This document shows positions 10,520 to 24,079 of a stretch of DNA of 64,000 bases, piece after piece. Origin of the DNA: the human T2T-CHM13v2.0 reference genome, Homo sapiens; NCBI RefSeq assembly GCF_009914755.1, contig NC_060935.1; one strand, written 5' to 3'. Within the stretch, counting starts at the first letter, position 1. Every line of letters begins with the position of its first letter. The translations under genes and the position numbers were made by a program. Below the pieces are notes generated by a model. It made no database searches, was not told the origin of the DNA, and was given only the letters and a program-made list of their open reading frames with translations.

Positions 10520-11880
10520 CATTTTTATTCATTCAACCAACAAATATTTACTGAATACCTACCATGTCCCAGGCACTTTGTTAGGAATGAGCAAAACAGA
10601 CACAATTTCTGCCCTCAGAGAGCACTGTCTAGTGGGAAACAAGCATTGGAGAAACAGTAACACAGGAGAATAGATTTACAATGTGATAAGTGTCACAAGA
10701 GAGGTGCATGAAGTACCAGGGTCATGTGACCTAGTCAGAGAGGTAAAAGGTGTCTCTGAGGTCTGAAGGAGGAGGAGGAGGTAATTAGCGAACGCAGTGA
10801 GGCATGGAGTGTGTGGTAGAGAAACCTCTGTATTAACCAAAACCATTTCTCTACCTCTAGCACACGGATTTTATCTCCTAGCCTCCCAGGCAGCTACATG
10901 TGGTCACATGACCCAGTTCCAGCCAACGCAACTTGGGCAGAAGTGGTAAATGCTACTTCTATGCACAGTCTGCACCCTCCTGTACCTCTTCTACTTTCTT
11001 CCCTTTACCACAGTCCCCCTGCTTGACCATCTAACAGGATACATAGGATCCAGTTGAGTAGTGTTAAGACCCTATGAGATGACAGAACATAGCCAGAGGG
11101 CATCTGGGTCTCTGAATGATCATGTGGAAGGCCACCTGCCAACCAGGAATATCCAAGATGGACTTTGTAAAAGCAAGAAATACACTTTTATTGTGTTAAG
11201 TGATTAAGATGTTTAAGTTTGTTGCAGTAGCTAGTCTTACTTTAATGCAGAGAGGAAGTGTCCTATACAAAGAGAAAAATGTGTGAAAGGCCTCATAGCC
11301 TGCTGGAAGAGTTTAAAGAAGGCTAGTGTGACTAAAAGCAGAGAGAAAGAGGGCACCTGGTGCAAAATGGGGCTGGAAATGCAAGTAGGGGCCAAACAAA
11401 AGGTGGTTTAAGATTTGGGTCCTTGGGGAACTCATTAGATGGATTTTAGAAATATGAGGACCTAAATTTGACAAGACTTGGTGATGATGTAGATACTGGG
11501 GGGGCGGAGGATGGGGAGGTACAAGAGAGAGAAGTATCAAAGGTGACAGCTGGTTTTTGCCTTGAGTAACTGGATGGAAGATGAAGCTATTCACTAAGGG
11601 AACAATGAAAGAACATACAATTTGAAGAAAAAATTTATCAATTTGCTTTGGGTATGTGTATGTTGGCGGTACTTTTGAGGCCTCCAGGTAGAAATGTCAA
11701 ATAGGCAGTTGGATACACTGGTCTGGAATACAGAGGAGAGGTCTGCATTAGAGTTAGAAATTTTTGAGTCACTGTTCATGGGCCAGTGGCTATCTGAAGT
11801 CATCCCTAGGGAGACAGTAGGGAGTGAGAGGAAAGAAACTAGGAGTAGGCCTTGAGGGACTTTAACATTTGATCTTCTAG
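10520..11880 (-). mobile_element. L2 remnant interrupted by an MLT1-type LTR (~10830-11245)
   Basis: L2 tail attcattcaaccaacaaatatttactgaatacctaccatgt; MLT1-like end (ttattgtgttaag...gtttgttgcagtagctag); L2 body resumes afterwards. Boundaries approximate. Confidence 0.6.
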
Positions 11881-11882
11881 AC

Positions 11883-12215
11883 CAGGGGATCAGCAAACCT
11901 TTTCTGTCAAAGACCATATAATAAGTGTTTTAGGCTTTGCAGACCATATGGTTTCTGTTGCAGCTATTCAATTTTACTATTGTTGTACAAAATCAGCCAT
12001 AGACAATTCATAAATAGGTATGGTGGCTTTTTTCCAATACAATTTTATTTATGGACCCTGAAATCTGAATTTCATATAATTTTAACATGTCATGAAATTT
12101 TATCCTTGTTTTGATTTTTTTCAATCATTAAAAAATGTAAACACCACTCTTAGCAAACAGGCTATACCAAAACCAGGATTGGGCCCATGGCCCAAATCTG
12201 GCCCATGATCCATTT
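11883..12215 (+). mobile_element. MER58B-like hAT-Charlie DNA transposon
   Basis: Begins caggggatcagcaaacctttt; contains ttttaggctttgcagaccata and cagccatagacaat. Confidence 0.75.
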
Positions 12216-12247
12216 ACTAAAGTTTCAGTAGAATACTACCTTTCTCT

Positions 12248-12636
<389 letters not shown>

Positions 12637-13362
12637 TTAAGTAGTTGCAACAGAGTAAAATATAAAATTCTGCTGCCATTATCTAGACTTCAGAGATAGA
12701 GGATGAACCTAAAAAGGTGCCCAATATGTTTTGATAAATGACTATAATGGTGGTCAAAGTGGGTGTAGAGTCTTGTGTGTGCAAATCAAGGGGTCAAGAG
12801 ACAATCACTAAAGAATGGGAGATGCAGAATTTAATCTTGTCAGGATGCAAAATTACATTCACCCGAACCAGGTGATTAAAAAGTTGAAGAAAATTACAAT
12901 TAAGAATTGATAAAAAAATTGAATGATACTCAGGTCATGTGTGTGGTATTTTCTGTGAAATTAAGCCCAGCTGAAAGGTATGGGCTTAGGATTCTGGCTG
13001 ACACAGCAAGCGGAAATCTGGCCATGGGGCTAGCCTGTTCTCTCTCGGGTGAGCTGAATGTTCTGGAGATGCATTCAGGTTCCAATGATAACTTTAAATT
13101 TCTTCTCAATCTCATTGGATTAAGGAGAGTGTAACAATCTGTCACATTTAGGAACTAAGTATTAAAGACCAAGTGAAAGTGATTATTTTACTTTTGACAC
13201 AACAATTTCTAGTGAATATTCTGAGTAATTTTCTGATGAATATTCTAGATGTATAAGTTCTGTTTAAAGGCAGAATTTATTTTGAAGTTTGTAACTTTAA
13301 TAAATTGAATATTAATTTCAACACAGCTGTATTATTTGACATGATTAAAACATCATTCATGG

Positions 13363-13665
<303 letters not shown>

Positions 13666-13859
13666 TCATTCATCTAACAAACTTATTGAGCACCTATCAT
13701 GTATCAGGTAATATTCTAGATAATGAGCATATAAGATGTAAGCAAAACAAAGTCCTAGTGCTAAAAAACAAAAGCACATTCTGGTAATAGATATGTGACA
13801 ATAGACAAAAAGATATAATATGTTAGGTGGTAACTATCATAAAGTAAAATACCATTTAA

Positions 13860-15965
13860 AAACTCAGGTGCAAACATAGAAAAATGGAAAGAGTGCTGCT
13901 CCAACCTTAAGAAAACTACTGAATAATCTATAAAATCATAACTTTTCTTGAGTCCAATAGAGAGCTAACATCCCAGGACAATCATGCGGCCTGAAATCTA
14001 AGGAAATACTGGCACCTCCAAGGAGAGATGGGACACAGACACTGGCCTGCCTGTGGCAGAATGTGGCAGATGCAAGTGCCACACAAGCACTTAAGAAGAA
14101 ATCAGGTAAAAATTTTAGTGAATTTATAAAGACCAAGCGTGGCCTAGAGTAAACCCCTTTAAGCTGCAGACATCCAGGGAGTTCACACTCACTAGTGTGA
14201 GAAAGACTGGAGGCAGGAGAGAGATTGATGACAGCCTTCCTCAGTGGTGTGAGCCTGGAAGAGGAGATAGCTCCCACCACAAAAAGGCAGGGGGCCTTAC
14301 CAACCCTTCTCCATAGTTAACGAAAGCCTTCAGTTGCTGAGGAAGATCAGCAAACCCTGTCAGCTTGGGGCACTGCATCTTGGGTAGGGAAAAAATTAAA
14401 ACCCACTACTCCTGTGGTTGGAGCAGGAAACCAACCTGGGCCTAGCACATTAGAGGTCTCCTACTGCTGGGAGAGGGGTAGGACCACTGAGAAAAGCCTA
14501 TCCTTGAGACACAGGGTTGGTCCCAGGGCTGCCTAAGACTGGGGCTAGAGCCTCCTTTTGGCACCTACCACCACTTGCTACTTAGCAAGCACTAAGTAGC
14601 AAGCAAAAGCAGTCTACTGCTAGGGGGAGGAACAAGCATGTGGAGATAAACTTCTCTGAGGTGCAGGCACTCAGGGAAGGATGAAAGCTGAGGACAAAGC
14701 AGGAAAACTGAGAAAAACACTCTGGCACCCTAGGAAAAACCAGCTATATGCTGTCTAAAAGAGACACACCTTAACTACAAAGATATAAATAGGTTGCAAG
14801 TAAATGGACAGAAAGAGATACACCATGCAAACAGTAAGTATAAGGAAGCAAACAAAATAAGACATCAAGACAAGGAATATGATTAGAGGCAAAAAAAAAA
14901 AGGCAACTCATAATTTATAAAAGTATCCATACATTTGGTAGATATAAATGTATCTGCATCAATAGCAGACTTCAAAATACATGGAGTAAAAGCTGACAGA
15001 ACTAAAGGGAGAAATAAGCAAATTCACAACCACGTCTGGAGATTTTAACACACTGCTCTCAGTGATTGATAGAACAACTATACAACAGTACAGAGAAGAT
15101 CTGAGTGACACAACCAACCACCTTAACTTAATATTTATAGAACACTTTCCCCCAAAACTGCAGAATATACATAGTTTTTGAAATGCACATGGAATGTTCA
15201 CCAAGACAGACTGACCATAGGGTGAATCATAAAACAAGTTTAAATAGATTTCAGAAGAATGACATCTTACAGATTATGTTATCTGCACACAAAATAGATT
15301 AGAAATAAATACAAGACACCTAGAAGAGCCCCCATATATTTGGAAATTAACTAACTTATAAATAACCTGTGGATCAAAGAAGAAATCACAGGAAAAAGTG
15401 AAAATATTTTAATCGAATGAAAATAAAAAGAAAATATATTACAATTTGTAGGACTCAGCTAAAGCAGTGCTTGGAGAAGAAATGTAAAGCTTTACATGCT
15501 TATATTAGAAAGAAGAAAGGTCTAAATCAATTAACTAAAGTTATACTGCCTAAGATGCGAGAAAAAGAGGAGCAAATTAAAATCATTTTAAGTAAAAGAA
15601 CAGAAAGTTATGAGCAGAAATCAATGAAATGGAAAACAGAGAAATCCAGTGAAACCAGCAGCTAGTTTAATAAGAAAAAGTCAATGAAAGAGGTAATGTC
15701 TAACTATTTTGGATCAATAAAAGACATAAATTACCAATTTCAAGAAGAGGGACCTGTGATACATCTATGGTCCACTGATTTTCGGCAAGGGTGTAACAGT
15801 GGGGGAAAGAATAGTCTTTTCAATAAGTGGTATTGAGAAAGCTGGATATCCACATGCAAAAGAATGAAGCCGATGCCTGTCTCACACTATATATAAAGAT
15901 TAAGTTGAAATAAAGACCTAAATGTAAGAGCTGAAACAATAAAACTCTTAGAAGAAAACACTTGG
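13860..15965 (+). mobile_element. Old L1M element: 5'-end-like region plus internally deleted ORF2 pieces
   Basis: 14740-15965 shows decayed EN and C-terminal ORF2 homology (ggagattttaacacactgctctc; aatagtcttttcaataagtggt). The 5' part is less certain. Confidence 0.7.
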
Positions 15966-16129
15966 GGAGTTTAGCTGTATCAGCTGCTTGCTGTAGAGGA
16001 ATGTAAGCAGAGTATCTTACAAGTTTCCTGCATTTCAGACTTGAGTAGGGCTCAGTTAGTGGGATTTTACAGAAAACCAAACAGGACATGAACATTGGAA
16101 AAACATGTTAAATCTGTCCCTTATCCTTT

Positions 16130-16495
16130 ATATCTGCTGTTCCCCTTAGGCTACAACATTTCTACCCTCACTTGACTCACCCCTCTTCACCTGATTAAAC
16201 TCACTGATTCAGATCTCAGCTTAAACACCACTTTCTTGAGAACCTTCCTTGATCCCAAGTATTAGGTTAGACACCTCCCCTCCATCATTTACTTCATAAC
16301 ACTGTGAATTTCTTCATAACACTAAGCATGCTCATATTGTGATGATTTGTCCATATCAGTCTTCCTGTCTTCCTTATAGGTGATAAGTTGCAAAAGGGCA
16401 GAGAAGCCAAGTCTCTTTCCACAGCTGTATATCTAGTGCCTACCACAGAGCCTGGCACATGGTAAGTGCTAAATAAATATCTGTGACTGAAGAGA
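16130..16495 (+). mobile_element. L2 3' end
   Basis: cacagagcctggcacatggtaagtgctaaataaatatctg. Confidence 0.7.
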
Positions 16496-16668
16496 TGGAC
16501 TCCTGCCTTGGCCTGAACTCCTTCCACTTTCCCCACCCTGAGAATTCCTGAGCCCATGTACCTGTAATGCAGGGAATTGAATGGAGGGTTGGTTTTTAGG
16601 CCAGAGCAACTTGCATCCCACCTTCCCATCTGTGCCCCTGAGTAAACAGGAGAGGAGCAGAAAGTCAC

Positions 16669-16794
16669 CTTGTTGTAGGCCAGGCTAAGGTATCTCAGCT
16701 CTGGGAAGGGTGGGGCCAGCGTCTGGTTCCTGGCCTTCAGTGACTTCACAGGAAGGATCTCGAATATGGGAGGAAGTGAACATATCTTGGTTGT
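16669..16794 (-). CDS. XRRA1: XRRA1 coding exon (126 nt), TTKICSLPP...FPELRYLSLAYNK; LRR motif
   Basis: Acceptor cttttccttctttctaag| and donor CAAG|gtgact. 42 codons, phase 0-0; the LRYLSLAYNK|I LRR motif is completed by the next exon. Confidence 0.92.
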
Positions 16795-18146
16795 CTTAGA
16801 AAGAAGGAAAAGTCAAAATCAAAGTGCCCGATAATAAATAAGGCCACTAAGGGCCAACAGACCCTTTCAATGGAACAGGGTGGAATGAATGACCTTCCTA
16901 GAGAGACTTGGCCAAAAGAGACATGTAGGGTCATAAGGGTAGATGTCGCCATCAGCCCAGAATTCTGGCTCCAAGTTCTCTTAGGAGAATTAGCTTACAT
17001 GATGAGCTAATTCTCAAGCACCCAAAGTTCCATTTTCAAGTTTTCTGAGGCCACAGGATAATATAGCACTGGTGCAGACATCAGAGGTACTTGGTCCCCA
17101 CCCCCTCCCTCTACCCTACAGCAGCTTACCCTGAATTGGCCCTTCTACACAGTTGGGCTAAAATTTCTCCAGAAGGCAAAGGGGAAGGTGCTTGTGTTCT
17201 TAAGGGGAATTTTTCTAGGGAGGAGAGGGAGAGGGAGGTGTTTTGAGCCTTGAACACCTGCTCTGATGGGCTAGCCCACATCCTCGAGTGGAGGGTCTTC
17301 ATTTGAGGATGAAACAACAGTCCTAAATGACTTCAGCCTGCCCGTGGGAGCTGAATGTGGCATGCTGCAGCTGGATCCCTTGCAGGGTCATGTTCTTTTC
17401 ATACAACCCAGACTGCCACAGGTTCAACATATTTGATCAAGCAGAAAAAGGTAATTGTTGGTTTAACTATACATAACTCAGTACACTCACTGATTCCTGA
17501 GTTCGATGGGACCACAGGATATTATAAGGGTAGATGCTGGGCTAATGGTTAGGTTCAGATGAACTAGATTCCATCTTAAGCTGAATTAATTAATCACTAT
17601 GGAATCTTGAGCAAGTCACTTAAATTTTGCTTGTTCATTCAGTGAACATTTGTGGGGCACTTACTTTGAGCCAAGTATTTTGTACCCTTCTGGGTCAACT
17701 TGTAAAACCACACAAGTGGACAGGTCAGTCATGGGTGAGCATAAAACAAAAACCAGCGACTGTGTTTGGGAACTCAGATGACTCGCCTCTCCCAGTGATC
17801 CCAAGGCAATTTCTGAGACGCAAGAGTGGAACATGGTGGCGGTCTGATAAGGCAGTATCCTCCACTATGTAATTCCCTACTTGGAGCAAGGCTGTGTGAA
17901 CTGAAGGGGGTAAGTCATACTGCAGTACAGAAAAGGAAAAGCCAGAGAGTCAAGATGAGGAGTATCCTGACCCAAGGGCATAACTGGCCCTGATGGGGGC
18001 AGAGAGGGCCCTGTCTTGGAGGGAGGTGCATCTGATTTTAATAGAGTAAGGCCACTAAAAGTCTCAACTATCCAACTCACTTTCTAGATTTTCAGATGTC
18101 AGAGAGCTGATCTGAGCACTGAGCAATCCTACAAATTATCTTTGAC

Positions 18147-19860
18147 TTGTGTGGTAGACTGTTTAATGGTCACAAGCCCCTCCATCCCACATACATGCCC
18201 TTTTGCAGTGTGACCTTGCTGCTCCTCCCATTCAGAGGTGGAGACCATGTGTCTACCCTCCTGAAATTAGACTGGCTGTTACATAAGAAAAAATTTGTCT
18301 GGTCTTTATCCCAGGTTCCTGGCACTGAGCTTCTAAAACTCTTGGAATTTTCTGAGTGATAGGAATATCTTTGTTATGCAGGACCCCTTGAGTCACACCT
18401 GAGTTTAGGATAATGAGATGACTCAGGATGGAGGCTGGCCATGCCAGAAAGACTAACCATGTGACTAGAGAGTTGGGGCTTTGCACCAGCATGACCCCTG
18501 GGGAGGATAAGGAACTAGAAATTAAGTTCAATCAGGTGGCCAGTGAGCCTCCAATAAAAGCTCTGGACTCTGAGGTGTGGGTGAGCTTCCTGGTTGGTGA
18601 GCACATCAATGTGCTGGGAGGGAGACATGCCCTGATTCCACAGGGAGGGGGCATGAAAGCTCTCAGACCTCACCTTATATGCCTTTTCATTTGGCTGGTC
18701 CTGATTCGTGTCATTTATAGCTGGGGTCCCCAACCCTCGAGCCACAAACCGGTGCCAGTCCCTGGCTTGTTGGGAACTGGGCCGCACAGCAGGAAGTGAG
18801 CAGTGGGTGAGTGAACAAAAACATCATCTGTATTTACAGCCACTCCCCGTTGCTCAAATTACTGCCTGAGCTGCACCTCCTGTCGGATCAGCAGTGGCAT
18901 TAGATTCTCATAGGAGCACAAACCCTGTTGTGAACTGGGCATGCAAGGGATCTAGGTTGTGTGCTCGTTATGAGAATCTAATGCCTGATGATCTGTCACT
19001 GTCTTCCATCACCCCAAGATGGGACCATCTAATTGCATGAAAACAAGCTCAAGGCTCCCACTGATTCTACACTGTGGTGAGTTGTATAATTATTTCATTA
19101 TATATTACAATGTAATAATAACAGAAATAAAGTACATAATAAATGTAATGCACTTTCATCATCCGAAACCACCCACCCCACCCCAGTCCATGGAAAAATT
19201 GTCTTCCACAAAACTGGTCCCTGGAGCCGAAAAGGTTGGGGACTGCTGCATTATAGTAAAACTGTGATTGTAAGTATAACCCTTTCCTGAGTTTGAGTTG
19301 TTCTAGAAAATTACTGAACCTGAGTGGGTTGTGGAAACTCTTGAATTTATCACCAGTTGGTCAAAGTGTGGATAGCCTGGGGACTTCCAAACTTGTGGCT
19401 GGCCTCTGAAGTGAAGGAAATCTTTTTGGGAACTACCCTCACTTGTGGGCTTTGTGCTTAACTTGTGGAGTCTGCACAAACTCAGGGGTCAGCGTCAGAA
19501 TAGTACAGCAGTATAATACGGGGCTTTTGACTTGCTTTGACCAATAGAATGTGGAGAAGTGACACTATTTCAATTTCAGAACTTTTTAATTCGCCCTTGC
19601 TCTCTTGAAACCCTGATGCTGTAATGAAACCATACTGCAATGTAGCCCAGGAGGAAAAGACCACAAAGAGAGAAGATGCCAAGCCATACCAGCTGTGTAC
19701 CTGAGCCCAGCCTGCAGCTACCCTGCCAGCTAAATGCAGCTGTATAAGTGAGCCTTGGTGGAGCCAGTGGAATCACTTCGTCGACTCAATTGTGAGTGGT
19801 GAAAAATAATGAATTGTTATTGGGTTGGTTTGGTAAGCAGCTATAGTTAACTGATAGAAT
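18147..19860 (+). mobile_element. MLT1-type solo LTR split by a MER21-like LTR (~18277-19520)
   Basis: MLT1 resumes at ttttgacttgctttgaccaatagaatgtgg; MER21-like start tgttacataagaaaaaatttgtctggtctttatcccaggttcctggcac. Confidence 0.7.
18721..19248 (+). mobile_element. MER1A hAT-Charlie element inserted in the MER21-like LTR
   Basis: 528 bp; TIRs ctggggtccccaacc / ggttggggactgctg; degenerate 8-bp TSD atttatag / cattatag. Confidence 0.88.
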
Positions 19861-20240
19861 TTCTCACACAGTTCTATCTGTGGGGAGGTTGTATACTGAG
19901 CTGCCTCTCAAGGATGCAGGTTGGCTAAATGAAGAGATATACTATTTATTGTAAATGAATAAATCAATATTTGGTTTACATGTACCAGTCCCCACGAGCA
20001 TCTGCCATGAGAGAAAAAACAATTTTCTGTGCTGATGAAAATCAAGGGTCTAAGCCTGTGACATCAACGATTAGGTCCTGGATAGTGGTGTATCTGGCAA
20101 GGACTTTTCCAGCTTTGGGGGACTCTTGTTAAGGAGCTGCTGGTAGCAGCCCCACTTCAATGCCAATTTTATCACTTGAGGCAGCTGCCATTATTACATT
20201 ATGCTAAACAGCATGTGAGAACAATGAAAGTTAGACTAGG

Positions 20241-20338
20241 CAGGTAAGGTCAAGACATGTCTGTCTGTGGCCAGCACAGGACCTGGTACAGGTAAGGTCA
20301 AGACATGTCTGTCTCTGGCCAGCACAGGACCTGGTACA
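20241..20338. repeat. 48-bp tandem duplication (2 copies, 1 mismatch)
   Basis: caggtaaggtcaagacatgtctgtct(g/c)tggccagcacaggacctggta x2. Confidence 0.95.
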
Positions 20339-20491
20339 TGATAGGTACTTGGCAACTACCTATTCAATGAATGGGCTTCCTCAGTGTGATCTATAGAAAT
20401 GACTCTCATGGCTCCATTATTTTATTTGATTTTGTCTATTAAAATTAATGTTCTAACTCAGGAACACAAATATAAAGTAGTCAGTTCCTAC

Positions 20492-20532
20492 CTCTGAGGT
20501 TGAAAATCCAGGGTAAGATGAAAACACAACCT
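20492..20532 (-). CDS. XRRA1: XRRA1 41-nt micro-exon, (E)VVFSSYPGFSTSE
   Basis: Strong pyrimidine tract tctgtttctcttctgtttcag| and donor AGAG|gtagga. Phase 1 in and 0 out exactly bridges the flanking exons. Confidence 0.85.
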
Positions 20533-22374
20533 CTGAAACAGAAGAGAAACAGAATGAAGGTTGGTGAGACCGCTGATTGATGCCTAGAGCACCCAGGATA
20601 TAGGTCTGCCATCCACTGTGTGCAGCAGGGCACCTCCTAGAGGGAGTTCTCATTGGTCCTCAGCCCCAGTGCTAACTAGGAAGAGGAGCTGGCTGTGACA
20701 TGCATCAGGTAATAAGTCCCTTTGCACTTAGGATAAAATACAAACTGCTTATCTAGTCCTCTGATGTCCTGCATGATTGGGCCCCTGCCTACTTCTTCAG
20801 TCTCATTTCATGATACTCTCCCTCATTCACTGTATTTCAGCCACACTGACTGACCTTCAATCTGACTTTAAAGCACATAAGCACTTTCGAGCCTCAGAAT
20901 TACTGGGGAGTCCATACTGAGCAGAAAGCTAACCAACTGTCTTAGAAGAGAAAAATGTATATAGAAGACATTCTGTCAGAGGATTTGGAAATATTTCTTA
21001 TATTAGTAGAAACAGAATGTGTTGAGCCAGTGAATTCAGGAGAGATACCAAGAACAACCAGCACACAGTCATAAGGAGGAGGCTGCAGAGTGATTTCATT
21101 CTTGGGACCGTCAGAATGAGATGAGTCTAACAGCTGAGTTCAACCTAACACAGCATAGCATCTGCTGGGACTAGATCCTGTGCAGACATTGCTCACCTTT
21201 ACCCTAGTTAACCGACACCTTCTACATGTTAATGATATTATAATGAGACAAGTCACATGAAAATGAAGAAAACAGTAATAGGAGATGGAACAACATGGCA
21301 TAAATAACTTCTCCTGTGATGAGGGTCTGCAAGGGAGTTTGGGAAAGCTTTGTGCAATGAACAAAGTAGGAATTCCCTGGGGGATGGGCCATGGTTGCAA
21401 GTGTGAGTGCTAAGCAATGAACCCTAGAAAACAACAGCACCTCTAGAAAGATGGGCACGCTGTCTGAACGCGCATCCTGCTCTCCCCACAATCACAGGAA
21501 TTACTGCATTTTAAGCTTCTGATTGAGGATTGTTACACAAAAAGACTGAATAATCAAGAATCTCCTACTATTTGAGGAAAATTAACAATATAAAAAAGGG
21601 AAGAATTATCACCTGAATAAAAACAGTTTATTTAACAAAAGTTATAAAAACTTCAAAATAGAATAATTAGTATCCTCTGAGAAATTCAAAAGTTTCACTC
21701 CTGAAACAAAAGCAGATTGTTGTGGAAGCAAAGCTACTAACAAAGCTGTAAATTTATAATGAAAATAACTCATACATGTGCTGGATAGAAGAATGGACCC
21801 AGGTGAACTAATTCATAAAATGGAAGACTGAGTGGAGAGACTCTCAGAATGCAAAAAGGCAGAGAGAAGATGGTGGAATAGAAAGTAACCCACTCATGTC
21901 CCCTCACAACCACAAAAATTCCACACCCGCCCACAGTCAAAAGTCTCTCTGCAGGAGCATCAAGATTCAGGTAGGAGTTTTTGAAACCCTGGTGGATCCC
22001 AAGACATTGAAGGATTGTTTTGAGGGTACAGACCAACACCCAAGTGGCTGATCCACCAAGCTTGCTCCCCAGTTCAAGCCTAGAAACACCCCAGGCTTCC
22101 AAGGTCCTGGGCTACAGCCATATTTGGCCTTGAGCCTGCAACCAAAACCATCTGCAGAGAGGTCCAGAAGGAGTAGTGCACACTAGTGCCTTGGTGGAAA
22201 GGCTTGTCTGCCTGCTGACATTGATCTTAGCAGTAAGCCTGAAAGTTGCCGTTTTTCTGATCCACCCCCTCTCAGCTGAGGTCCCTGCTCACAGCCTCTT
22301 GCACAAGGACCCAGAGGGAGACTCACCTATATCTTGCAGCCTGAGGCTCCCAGATGAGTTCACCAACTTCTGTC

Positions 22375-23300
22375 CCACAGCAAATTCTGAGGGGACCCAG
22401 TTTGAGACCTGGTCCCTCCAGCTGCAATCAGAGAACTAACCAGACTGTGCAGGGACTTGCTGGAAGACACATGCCCCTCTGAGCCAATGAGGCTGGGCTT
22501 TCTAGCCTTTACCCTACAGCAAATCCTGAGAGGACCCAGTCTCAGCTCTGACCCCTGTCACTACAGTGGAGAATTATCCTATCTGTGCTGAGACCTGCTG
22601 GGAGACACATGCCTGTCTGGGCCAACAAGATGGGCTTCTTCCCATATCAAATCCCAGCGGGGCCCAGTGTCAGCCCTGGCCCCTCCTGCTGCAATCAGGT
22701 TACTATCTCATCTGCATAGGGACTTGCTAGGAGACACATGCCCCTCTGAGCCAATGAGACTGGGCTCTCCAGCCTCTACCTCACAGCAGATCCTGAGGAG
22801 GCCCAGTCTGCGATTTGGCCCCGCCTGCTATAGTCAGGGAACTATCCTATCTGTGCAGGAACTTGCTAGGCAATGTGCACCTCCCTAAACCAAGACAGGG
22901 CTCTCTAGCCTCTGTTCCACAGCAGATCCCAAGGGGGCCTATGGTCAGTTCCAGCCCCTCCCTCTACAATCAGGGAATTATTCCATCTGTGCGGAGACAT
23001 GCAGGCAGATGTGTGCCTGTCTGAACCACCATGACAGGCACACCAGCCTCCATCCCACGGCAGATCCCAAGGGGACCCAGTCTCAGTTCTGGTCCCTCTT
23101 GTTGCAGTCAAGGAACTACTTGTGCAGGGACCTGCTAGGTGACATACACCTGTCTAAGCCAATGAGATGGACCACCAGCTTCATTCCTACAACAGATCCC
23201 AACATGCCCCAGTCTTAAATTCAGTCCCTCTGGCTACAGCTGGGACCCATCCTGCCCATGCAGAGACCTGCTGGGAGGAACACATATCTGGGCCACTGGG
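22375..23300 (+). repeat. About 7 diverged tandem monomers, period ~135-140 bp
   Basis: The motif cacagca(a/g)atcc...cccagtctcag...gacttgctgggagacacat recurs near 22375, 22514, 22647, 22781, 22917, 23055 and 23187. Confidence 0.8.
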
Positions 23301-23734
23301 ACAGTGTTCTGGACTCAGGTCCCCTTGGCCAACATTCCCACATAGCCCCAGTCCTGTGTTTGGGTCTTCCCAGAGCCATTTGGGCCAGAAAGCCACACCA
23401 ATCTCAGTCTTTGCAAGACTTGCAGCAAGCCTGGGTTTAGACCATCGCTCAGTGCTGAGATGCCAGTAGTGGTCCCAAGCTCAGGAAATGTAACAGTCAG
23501 TCTGCCTAGAATCCCTGGAAGTCCCTCTGAAGAAGGACAGGCACACACAAAGCCAGACTACAAAGGCAAAAATAAATACCTAATATTTCAAGGCACGGAT
23601 ATCATCACACTTCTACAAACATCAGGAATATTCAGGGAAATATGACGTCACCAAACAGACAAAATAAGATGCCAGAGATCAAACATAAAGTAATAGAGAT
23701 GTGTGATCTCTCAGACAAAGAATTCAAAAGAACA

Positions 23735-24079
<345 letters not shown>

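Noticed and set aside
10143-10673. 176-aa plus-strand ORF
   Set aside because: GTG start, runs into an L2 tail, no splice or domain support; likely chance.
22375-23300. CRISPR-like repeat-spacer array
   Set aside because: Whole monomers are homologous with no unique spacers, and the context is a mammalian L1 5' UTR.
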